Source: Ginglymostoma cirratum (Eukaryota). Taken from it: DNA of 64,000 nucleotides. Location of the stretch: NCBI GenBank assembly GCA_024137785.1, contig JAHRHZ010000031.1, positions 14,094,423 to 14,158,422 on the forward strand, written 5' to 3'. The translations under genes were made by a program, and so were the position numbers. Below the pieces are notes generated by a model. The model had not been told where the DNA came from, searched no databases, and saw nothing but the letters and a program-made list of their open reading frames with translations. Shown here piece by piece: positions 35,006 to 45,705 of this stretch (position 1 is the first letter of the stretch; every line of letters begins with the position of its first letter).

Positions 35006-37370
35006 AGGTGTTTTCATGCACCCATATTCAGCTGGTAGACTGTAATTGGAGGTTGGGTGGTACAGTTTAACATGGACAAATATTTGATAGATGAATGCAA
35101 CAGATTCTGAATGAGCTTTTGCAAGGTAAAACTGGACTAGGAAAAGAATTTAAAAATTTGATTCTCAAGATGCCACAAATGCAATTGAAGATTTCTTTCT
35201 CCCCTCCAACAGTGGGGCTTCGTTGAGCCAGAAATTTTCAAATGGAATTTTAGGATGTGGGGCTTGAAGCTCAGCTTGGGGTTGGACAATGCAAGTATAC
35301 TAGGTAGGATGTTACACAGTGTTTCAAACTGTCTTTCTACACTGCTTTATTATATACTCTCAGGCGATCTACAATGAACAAGAAACAGAGCAAAGCTCCT
35401 TCTAACACTATACCTGAGGACGAGAGAAAATAGAGAGAAACCAGTTCTGCTGGTTGGTTGACTAGTTCTATGGGACAGAGTCTCAAAAATTAAAGACAGC
35501 TTGGTCAGGAGTGAAATTAGAAAACACTTATCCACACAAAGGTCTGTAGAGAATTGGAACTTTCTTTCTCAAATGATAAGGCTAACACATTTTTCTACAG
35601 TTCCACCACCTCAAAATTTGTCACTACACCCTTGGCCTCAGCTCAAGCATTGTGTTCAGTTAATGAGATTTAGTCAGTATTATTGAGAGTGCTTTTCTGG
35701 CTGAGCGACTTCAGCTATGAAGATTGATTTAAGAAGGTATGACATTTTCCTTGGAGAAGAAAATGCAGAGAGAGGATTTTGACAGTGGTATTCAAAACTA
35801 TGAAGATTTTGGACAGATACAATCTTCCTACTTCTGAAAGCAAAGGAAGCAAAAGTGATAGCAGAATGGTTAAGGTCTGGAATGTGCTACCTGCCAATGT
35901 GGTGGAGCTCGCTTCAATCCAGGCATTCGGAAGGGAATTAGACTATTATTTGAAAAGGAACAATGCGTACGGTTATGAGGAGAAGACAGGACAATTTTGA
36001 GAGCTGGTGTAAACATGAAGGGCCAAATGGCCTCTTTCTGCATTGTAACATTGGTGGTTTCTGTCTGGAATCCTGGGGTCAGCGAGTGAAGTGTAAATTA
36101 AAGCTCTGCTATTCAAAGGAAGCATCACAGCATCTGAACAATGATACATTATCCTTTGAGACTGCTATTTTTTGCATCACTGGTTAACAGTCTTCACAAA
36201 TCCAGATTTCCACACTGGGCAGCCCAAAGGGCCATGAGACCAGAATTCCTCCTACTTATGTGAAAAATAGAATGATTGTTCTGTCCTTCAAGGCATATGG
36301 AACTTTATTTTAAAAATGATTGTTAATGAAACAGGAAATGGAGGTCTGGGGTAGAATAATCAAAACTGCAGCTGCTTTCAATCAGAGGTTGTGACCTAAC
36401 ACCAAAAAAAATTTCCCTAAACAAAAGTGATTGCCGGAATGGAAATATTATGTAATCTACAGTGAGCCCAAAAAATCTGCTTGTGAAGACAAACTAATTC
36501 CCTAGCATTTTTTGGTCCAAAGTTACATTCACACATGCTGTTGTTCCACAGCTGTGACAAGGCAAACTTTTCACAGTATTCACAGTGATGTCATTTTATT
36601 TAAAATAATGACCTGCTGCCTCTTGTACCAGTCTTGACATAAACCCTCATAAGTGATCTTCAATTCCCCCAATGATCAGGGGCTGCAGTCCGCCATAGAC
36701 TCATATTTCTGGAGCGATAGTGGTGCCCACTGCATTTTTGTTCTATTATACACATTCCTATTATACACCATTTGCCAATTAACTGCCATGTTTGCATACA
36801 GTTTATTTTGAAAAAAAACATTTTTCTTATGTTCTGTCCACATCCCCACCTCACCCCTACAGCCTTGTCTTATTTTAATTTGTTCTTAATAGAAAGGATC
36901 CATGGGACCCATTCTCTCCCTTTCACACCTTAATTCACAACCATATTACATCTTTTTCTCTTTCACCACATTAACCCCTTTGTCTCTTGCACTGGGCCTC
37001 TATGCCATCTATCTCCTTGCTCCCCCTACATCTCTATCAAAAGTATATATATAAAAAAAATCCCCAACATCTTTCAGTACCGAAAAAGTCATACTGGGTC
37101 TCAAAATGTTGATTCTGTTTCTCCATCTATTGATGCTGCCAGACTTATTGGGTTTCACCAGCATTCTTTGTGTTTGTTTCCAATTTCCAGCATCAGCATT
37201 ATGGCTTCAAAGCCAGATTGCAACATAAAATCTAGGCAAACACTTCACTGATGAGCTGTCAAATCAAGGGAAAACCGAAAGAACTGCCGATGCTGTAAAT
37301 CAGGAACAAAAACAGAAGTTGCTGGAAAAGCTCAGCAGGTCTGTCAGCATCTGTGAAAAAAAAAAATCAG

Positions 37371-37408
37371 AGTTAACATTTCGGGTCCGGTGACCCTTCC
37401 TCAGAACC
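37371..37408 (-). ncRNA. Minimal type-I hammerhead ribozyme motif, catalytic core intact
   Basis: Minus strand: ggtt-CTGAGGA-a-GGGTC-accg-GACCC-GAAA-t-GTT-aact; perfect 5-bp helix II; helix I ggtt/aact. Confidence 0.7.
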
Positions 37409-37435
37409 CCTACCCCCAACCCTAACGCAGGTGAC

Positions 37436-37445
37436 NNNNNNNNNN
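37436..37445. other. Assembly gap (10 N)
   Basis: N-run flanked on both sides by aacgcaggtgac. Confidence 0.99.
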
Positions 37446-37557
37446 AACGCAGGTGACCCTTCCTCCGAACCCCGAACCCCTAACCCCGATTTTTTTCTTG
37501 ACAGATGCTGCCAGACCTGCTGAGCTTTTCCAAAAACTTCTGTTTTTGTTCTTAATT

Positions 37558-37818
37558 CAAGAGCCCCTATTTGTCCTCTCAGGTGACTGCAAGATCCCAC
37601 AACACCATTGCAAAGAGAAGTAGCAGAGTTTTCCCCTTACTCTAGAAAACATCTTTTCCTTACCAAAATCGATTGTAACAAGAAAGGTAGCATATTGCTA
37701 TTATGTTAAGTTTGGTGTGCACAATTGACAACAGTGTTTACACTTCAAAAATATCAAACTGTTAAGCTCTTTGGAGCATCATAAACTTGTTAAAAGGACT
37801 ATTCAAGTTCGTTTTCTG
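37558..37818 (+). mobile_element. Degraded SacSINE1-like Deu-SINE
   Basis: ctctcaggtg...aagatccca...acacttcaaaa...aagctctttgg. Confidence 0.55.
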
Positions 37819-38583
37819 AACAAAGATTCAAAGATTAAGTTCATACAGAGATATGAGCAGTTTTAAACAGGACATGTAAAGGGAATGACTGCAGCCAAGT
37901 GTGAAAAATGGTGCAGAGGTCAACTGGAACACTTCCGTGCCTCAGACTGTGTCCAACATTGAGGGGCCCTCTGACTATGGATTTTAAAAAAGTTCTGTCA
38001 AAGAAGACAGTGCGTGGTGTTCGTTATACAATTATTTTAAAGAAAGAACCTCATCACCTTAAAAGACAACAATGAATTATGTCTCATTAACATTCTTTGC
38101 CCCATTAATTTGTTGCCTTTTTATTTACATTATGACATTCTTGACTAATACGATCACACAACAGTGAATGAGGCCCACTGTGTGGGATCTGAATTTTTCC
38201 CAGTAAAGATGGGGTTGTAAATGAAACATGGAGAGACTGATCTGCATGTTAATTCTTTTGCTTTTACAATACCTGGGTCACTGGAGAAGAGATAATCTTA
38301 AGCAGTAATGTAGCCTAACCTGCACTTCACTTTTCTGATCTCCATCTTATACTACGGTGAGGTTGTCAGAGCCAGAAATCTGCAGAGCAGTTATTTCATG
38401 ATGCTAACCACCATTCAGCCAATGTTGCCACTTCAGAATTCAAGGTTCTAACTTATGCCCTCCCTTAACCCTAAACAGCAGAATAAGAACCAACCATCAC
38501 TGCTATTTTAAAGGACTTCAAAGCTTCTCCACACATCAGTTGTTCCTAGACACAGGAACATGCATTGACATTCCTTTAGAGCA

Positions 38584-38772
38584 CAGGTAGTTCTCCTATA
38601 ACGTGATAGTTGCGTTCTTCTGTGACTTCGTGCTATAGAAAATCACGTTATAGGGAAATTGCTATACCCGTACAGCTGAAAGTTTGTGTTATTCCAAACA
38701 GCGTCCACTATTCATTCATTGCATTACAGCCAATTTGTGTTAACGAAATATGTGTTATAGCAGAACTACCTG
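38584..38772. mobile_element. Tc1/mariner (Tigger/MER6-like) MITE, 189 bp
   Basis: 19-bp TIRs CAGGTAGTTCT(C/G)CTATAAC, 18/19 match; TA on the right flank, CA on the left. Confidence 0.85.
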
Positions 38773-39498
38773 TATGACAAGACTTGAAGGACGAGGAAAG
38801 GATGTGCATATCAGGATATCCCATATACAAGTGCACAACATGCATGTGATGAAAGCATGTTTCTACACAAATCGTGATGGAGAAACCTAAGGGCAACCAA
38901 AACAATGCTTCCACTGTCTCCAGCACAAGGGTGCAGCCATGCAGTTCTGTTAGTTCTGGTCTCAGTAACATATGCCCCGATAGTAAACAGCGCTGTGTCC
39001 TCCAATAACAGTTAGAAATATGGACTCGCACCCACCCGCCACCTTGGTTAGTTCCTGATGGGGAACACTACATCCTGGAAGACAGAAGGAAGTGTATCGA
39101 TGAGTGGGGTGTAATATGTTCAAATGGTGTGGTTATCTTGTTGAATAGCTAGTCACCTGTACAAGCTGTGAGATATGGATGCAAAGCTTGCAGCAGTTCT
39201 TGGAGTAGGGTGAAAGTAAGGTAAAGCTATTCATGTGAAACTTGAACCTTGGTTGATATAGATTGTTGGTAAGTGAGTAAAGAACCCAAGAAATTGGAAC
39301 AGAAGTAAAGCACATTGGCCATCGAGCTTGCTTCACCATTCAATACGATCATGGCTGATCTTACTCCTCAACACCACTTGCCTGCCTGCTCCCCATTTCC
39401 CTCAGTAGAGAAGTCAAGACTGATGGGAGCATGGCGTATTCCCCAGTAGTCAGGCTGGTGGCGCTGTCGGTCAGATTTGACATTCAAAAGCCCACATT

Positions 39499-39564
39499 GA
39501 AATCATTGAATTTCTTGCAGCGCTGCATCTTGGTCTTCAGGGCTTTACTTCTGGTGTTGACCTC
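39499..39564 (-). mobile_element. Myb/SANT-like coding remnant, probably from a PIF/Harbinger transposon
   Basis: EVNTRSKALKTKMQRCKKFNDF resembles the Myb/SANT-like third helix (VN....RT..QC.KKFNDL). Confidence 0.5.
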
Positions 39565-39784
39565 CAATAGTTTATTGCACTACAACCTTTTCAGCATGTG
39601 TTCAGAGGGCGTGGAGGCATTCTCAGCAATATGAAGAGACATGATTGCATTCAATTTTATAATAAATATAATATTTTATATTCTCCATCCTGTCATGAAG
39701 TCCAGTACAGTATTAGCATTTCAAAATGGCCTTATCCACTTGAGATGCTTCTTATAAGGCTTATGAAACCACCTAAATGGTTTT

Positions 39785-40060
39785 TTAGTGAATTTAGTAG
39801 AACTCTTTGAGGAAGTAACATACAAGATGGATAAAAGGGGATTCTACAGGTTTCCAAAAGTGGATGTAGTGTAGTGGGATTTTCAAAACAATTTGCTGAA
39901 ATGCCACGCAAGAGATTATTATACAAAATTAAAACTCATAGGGTTAGGGTCAATATATTAGCATGGATTTAGGATTACTTAATGGAAAGAAAACAGAATA
40001 GGAATAAACATAACTGTTTCTGTTCAGAGACTATAATTTACAGGCGCTACAAGTGACTTG
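39785..40060 (+). mobile_element. CR1 reverse transcriptase fragment
   Basis: Decayed VDVV*WDFQ...P.KRLLYKIKTHRVRVNILAWI*DYLMERKQ. Confidence 0.75.
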
Positions 40061-40199
40061 AGCTCTCAGTCAGACTTGTAACACATGGCTCCTTTACGCC
40101 AGTGAGAAGCAACATATGTTTATATGCAGGGATCTGTTCCCCACAAATGAAAAGGAATAGATTCAACATGTTTTGTTTAATTATCCAGCAGCTTGGGGG

Positions 40200-40380
40200 A
40201 ACCTATTGTTTCCTGATTTTCTCCATGGCAATGCCTTGGCAAACCACAGTCAACTTGCCAACTACTCCTTCCTCCTGTGGTATAATCTGTGATCGTTTAA
40301 AATTTGGCATTTTTACATTTGTCCTGATGAGTACAAGAGAAAAAAACTTCAGCAACATGCCTCTCTTTTATTGGCGATGA
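40200..40380 (+). mobile_element. Penelope-like terminal region with hammerhead remnant at 40321-40353
   Basis: ttctccatggcaatgccttg...gtc-CTGATGA-gtacaaga-GAAA-aaaacttc. Confidence 0.6.
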
Positions 40381-41931
40381 TATTTCACACCTCGCTTATA
40401 ACCAGTCATGTCTTCCCTGATATCCTCCCTTCTGCAAACAATGGTTTGAAATGTTTATTAAATAATCCTGCCAGTTTCGACCATTCTCTACTAACACACT
40501 TTCTTTGCCTTTCAGAGATTTCACTCTACATTAACTCATTTTTATTATTGGTATAATTATAGAATTTTTTTTATTTTATGAACTCTCCTTATACTGCGTC
40601 CTTGTTTTATTTTTAAGTTCCTCTCCTATTGTCTTCTATTTTTATCATACCTTTCCGACATTTGTGTTTTCTTCTTTATTTCTAATTTGTTACTAATCTC
40701 TAATTTATCCTCTATATTCATGCTCTACATTTACAATGGCCTTTCAAAAGGTCACATGGTTAACCGACTGTCTTGTGTGCCAATTTCCCTTCCCACCATA
40801 CCTCAGCAAGCACAATCCTCATTTTCTAAAAATCTGTCTGACTCCAACTGGTGCCCACAGTTTTCGTCCCTTTCTACTTGCACCTCAAATTTCCAAAGGT
40901 GCTCATCTCCATTTCTCAATTATTCTTTTTTAGCCTGGTGGAAATAAGAGGCAGGACTTATATCAGAAAACTGGGCATCATCTAACCTACCTTTCTTCTG
41001 TGCAGTACACTTTGGCTTTGGCCAAGCACAAGGTCATTTTTGTGAGATTCAGAAAATTTAGACCCAAAGCATTATCGACCAAAATATGAGACAAGACCGT
41101 CTACTATCGCCATTGCTCTTTAACATCTATGCAAAAGTCATAATTAAAGAAACGCTAAATGAAGTACAGAAACAAGAAGGAACAATTACTAATGAAAATC
41201 AAGAAAAGACAACAAGGTTAGATGGCTGTATTCTCAAGTTTGAGAGCTTGAAAGGAGATAATTGAAGGAAGATCAGGTGTATATCAACCAAGAGGCAAGA
41301 ACAGCATGATGATATTTGGTAACAGGAACTTGACTGCTACAGGAAACTGAAGAGGAAAGCAAATCATGGAGAACAAGCATAGGACCTGCCTTTGGGAGGA
41401 TAACTCCCATCACTACAGCGACCAATTGATGCACTTCCAACCGAATGGATCACATTAAGATCAGTAGCTGTAAGTTCAGTCACAAGACAGTATCTCTTAA
41501 CGTGTGCATTAATCTTGAATTGAAATTTGTGTCGGTAGGAAGTACACAAAAATTCAATACCTCGAAGTCTGTATAACTGACAGCTGCAAGAGAGAATAAA
41601 AATAGTGCACATATATCTCTCGTCTTTGCGTTAATCAGTAATGAAAAACAAACAAGATGCCCTACACTTACAGTGAATTGTGCAAATGTGTTGTATACAT
41701 ATGTTCCACCGGAGCTAATGTACTCTTCCATTGATATACCCATAACCTGGTCTATCTTAGGTATGTTGGGACTGTCACAATCCAATGCTACTCAAAAGGT
41801 ACTTTTCGGTTTAATTCTATGCATGTGTAGTTCGATCAGCAAAAAGATGCTGCTATCATTTGCGATTCTCCTTTAAATTTCCTCAACAGAAGCATATGCT
41901 CCTAACAGATGATGGCGAGATGTTACATTAC

Positions 41932-42103
41932 CGTACTGTCGGACGTCCACACAGATATCTTCAATCACCTCTGTCAGATTTGCCGGTGGGTTGTCGATGG
42001 TCTGACAGGTGGAGCGCATGTTGTAATAAATAAAGACTGGAATAGCAGAAAAGCCAAAAACTCCCAGCCACGCTATTCCCAACACATAGGTCAGAAAGAC
42101 AAA
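41932..42103 (-). CDS. GPM6B: GPM6B exon encoding TM3 and the start of the extracellular loop
   Basis: ttttttctctccag| ... |gtaatg; 172 bp: FVFLTYVLGIAWLGVFGFSAIPVFIYYNMRSTCQTIDNPPANLTEVIEDICVDVRQY(G); NLT sequon. Confidence 0.97.
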
Positions 42104-42781
42104 CTGGAGAGAAAAAAACAAATTCAAACAATCAATCAATCAATATACAGATGCACAGCTAAGTATAAAGCAAACTGATTATGCGAAATCAACATAGCAT
42201 GATGACAGAGTCAGCACACCTCCAAAATGCTGCTTTGGGTCCACAGAATGTAAGCTTTCCTACTGTGCACCTGCTTCACACACTAACACACATTCCAGCA
42301 GCTCCCTTACAAATGCTGGTATACTCCTGCAAGAGGTATTACAAGTGCTGACACGTTTCACGCTCGTACAGATGCATTCCAGGGTTCTGGAAGAATATTG
42401 CCATGTTCCCAGTAACACATTCCGGTAGAACATTGCCATCTCCCTCATCACAGGATAAGGGGACATTCATTTAAAATTGAAATGCAAAAGCTTTTTTTTT
42501 TCTCCCAGTAGGTAGTGAATGTCTGATCTTCTCTGCCCCACAGAATTTTGGAAGTTAGATCACTGAAAACATTTGAAGAGAGGTAGATATTCTTGAAATA
42601 CCTGGGAGAAGGGTGGAGAGGGGGAATAGGGGGCTACAGAGAGCTGCCATGAAAGAGTAGTTGATGCCCACAAGATCTTGTTGAATAGTGGAGCAGGCTT
42701 GAGGGAACAAATGGCTACTCGTGCTCCTATTTCTTATGTTTTGGGAGAATACTGACTCAGTCCAGTGTAGTAGTAACACGT

Positions 42782-43087
42782 GGGCAGCACTGTTGGTGCT
42801 TAGGTGGTTAGCACTGCTGCCTCTCCGTGCCAGGGACTCGGGTTCGATTCCATCCTCGGGCGACTGTCTGTGTGGAGTTTGCACGTTTCCCTGGCTCTGT
42901 GTGGGCTTCATCTGGATGCTCTTGTTTCCTCCCACGGTCTAACGATGTGCAGGCTAGGTGGATTAGCCATGGGAAATGCAGGGTTACAGGGATAGAGTAA
43001 GGGGGTGGGATGCGCCTGAGAGGGTCAGCGTGGACTCGATGGGCCAAATGGCCTGCTTCCACACTGTAGAAATTCTACGATTCTATA
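42782..43087 (+). mobile_element. HE1-type V-SINE, near full length
   Basis: A-box ggtgcttaggtggttagc, B-box GGTTCGATTCC, V-domain, CR1-like tail. Confidence 0.92.
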
Positions 43088-44247
43088 TGCCGGGAGATTA
43101 GTGTCAAATTCCAGAGAATGCTGGCACGTTCCAATGGGCAAACTCTCTGAAGCTACTGACATAATACAAGGTATTTTCTCCACTCGGACACACACTTGGT
43201 GTGACATTGCAAATACTGACAGTCTTCCAGGAACTTCCTGAAATTAATGACATTTGCTTTGGGGACCTTCTGCAATTAACGAAATACTCCAGGATGTCCC
43301 TGTTCTAAGTGAATGACTCTGTGCCAGCCAAGGCAAACAAAATATTGGTATGTTAGCAATTAGGGAAATCTGATAACAGATGGTTCACAATCTGCAGTCC
43401 GATTTAGCAGATATCTGGCATCCCCTGACAGATTACTGAAACTTGCTATTTTGAGGGATATATTTACCCTGCCCCCCCCCCCACCCCACCCCCCCAAACT
43501 TCATGCATTTAAAGACACATAAGAACACAACCATTAGGAAGCAGAAAAAGACCATTCGGTACTTTGAGTCTGCATTGCCGTTCAGTAAGATCAATGTTAA
43601 TCTAATTATGGCCTCAAGCACTTTCCTGGCTGACCCTACCCTTCGACTCCTTTGTTAGCCAAGAATCTGTTTACTTCTATCTTAAAAATATTCAGTAACT
43701 CTGCCTCCACCACTCCCTGGGGAAAGAGAATTCCACCAAATTGCAATCATCTGAGGGAAACAAATTCCTCTCGGCTCCACCTCAGATGGATGGCTCCTCA
43801 TTTTTAGACTGTTTCCCCTACTTCTAGTCCCTCCCACAAAGTGAAAGGTTCTTTCAACATCCATTCCGTCACCTGCCTTCAGGATCTTACCTGTGTCAGG
43901 AGACGGCCAGCCTGTCAGAGCCAATTCCTAGGATGAAGGAGTTATTCAAGGCAGTATGTAACTTTCTAATTTAAATGGAGTTTAGCCCATCCAATCAGTT
44001 TGCTCAAATTGTTCATTAAGGTTTTTAAATTTACCCCCTTTCAAGTATTAAACACACACGCTTTTATTTTGCATTATATGTCATACATATGATTATCACC
44101 TCCCCTTCCCCAGGAAGCTACACCCGCTATTTCTAGGGATACAACATTAAAATGAGGACTAGAACTTGTGGCTTCTCTTAATGCACTGGGGTTATGAAGC
44201 AAATTGTGCATAAGCTTTTGTTTTCTCCATTTTTTTCCCCCCCTTTA

Positions 44248-44543
44248 TTCATTCAAGGGATGAGGGCGTCGCTGGCTAGGCAGCATTTATTGCCTATCCC
44301 TAACTGCCCTCTGGGACATAGAATCAGCCACATTGCTGTGGGTCTGGAGTCACATGTAGGCCACACCAGGTAAGGATGGCAGTTTCCTTCCCTAAAGGAC
44401 ATTAGTGAGCCATTAGACTCTTAATTCTAGATATTGATTGAATTCAAATGCCATGAGGGGATTTGAACCTAGGTCCCCAGAACATTATCTGGGTCTCTAG
44501 ATTAATAGTCCAGTGATAATACCATTAGGCTATAGCCTCCCCA
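44248..44543 (-). mobile_element. SINE family B copy
   Basis: Reverse complement of the 45349 copy with an internal deletion. Confidence 0.85.
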
Positions 44544-45348
44544 GTTTCAGTAGCTTCTTTTGATATTGACCTTTTCAGTACATAAGGAACAACATATATT
44601 TTCTTTTTAGACTGGAGTGGAGGTCATGTACTGCTATATCACTAATATACGGAGACAGTTTGCAATTTCAAATCAAGTGGGATTGCAGGGTTCACATTTT
44701 CAGATGCACAGATTATGGCACTTTTCGCATAGTGAAGTTGTTACATTATGAGACAAAGTAGAAGCGGGAATCTGAGAGTTAAGGGAAAAACTGCTTGATG
44801 GCAGCCCTCAGATTGGTCCAGCTACAGTCTGTTACAGACCCGTGATTGCAGTGCAAGTAGAGACAGCCAAAGCTGGCAAACAGAAAGCATTGCTTTTTCT
44901 TCTCTGTGTGAGAGTGAAAAAACAATAAAATCTAAAGACTCTGTGAAAAAAAGAAGGAATTTTGACACAAAAGACCTAGGTCCACCTGATAAGCTAGTGA
45001 CTGAGAGAATAACTATTGCTCTGCAGATAACAGCGTCATCATTGCTAAATTCAAAAGAACAAAATTTTGAAGGGCCTGGTATCTATACTTCTAACTTATA
45101 ACAATAACCATTTCTCTATGTCTAATCTCACACTGTATACCAATGTCCGACTTCCATTCTAGTTTTCAAAAGATCCTTTACAAGTTTACAAGCAGAGTTT
45201 GAGGAGCACTTCAATGTGGTTGGGACAATGAGTTGACAACAGCTGACATAGATGGTGCAAGGGGAGTGAATGTGAGAAGTAGAAACTAGAGGGCCAAATA
45301 TTTCAGGGAAAAAAAAATGGACCTTTTAACCATCCTCAGCACAGTCAG

Positions 45349-45705
45349 GGGAAGGTGATGGCCTAGTGGTAATTATCGCGGGACTGCTAATCCAGAGAAC
45401 CAGATAATATTGTAGGGATTTGAGTTTAAATCCTACCATGGCAGATGGTGGAATTTGAATTTTAAAAAAATCTGGTATTAATAGACTAATGATGACAATG
45501 AAGCTATTGTCCATTGTCGGGGAAAAACCCATCTGGTTCAATAATGTCCTTTAGGGACAATCATCCTTTCCTGGTCTGGCCTACATGTGACTCCAGATCC
45601 ACAACAATGTAGTTGACTTTTAACTGTCCTCTGGGCAATTAGGGATGGGCAATAAATGCTGCCTAGCCAGCGACGCCCTCATCCCATGAATTAATTTTTA
45701 AAAAA
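45349..45705 (+). mobile_element. SINE family B copy, full length
   Basis: gggaaggtgatggcctagtgg head through cgacgccctcatcccatgaattaa tail. Confidence 0.88.

Larger units (their letters stand above)
37270..37552. mobile_element. Penelope inverted terminal-repeat insertion spanning an assembly gap
   Basis: 37305-37355 is the reverse complement of 37500-37551; N-run at 37436-37445; an older related copy lies at about 36835-37200. Confidence 0.8.
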
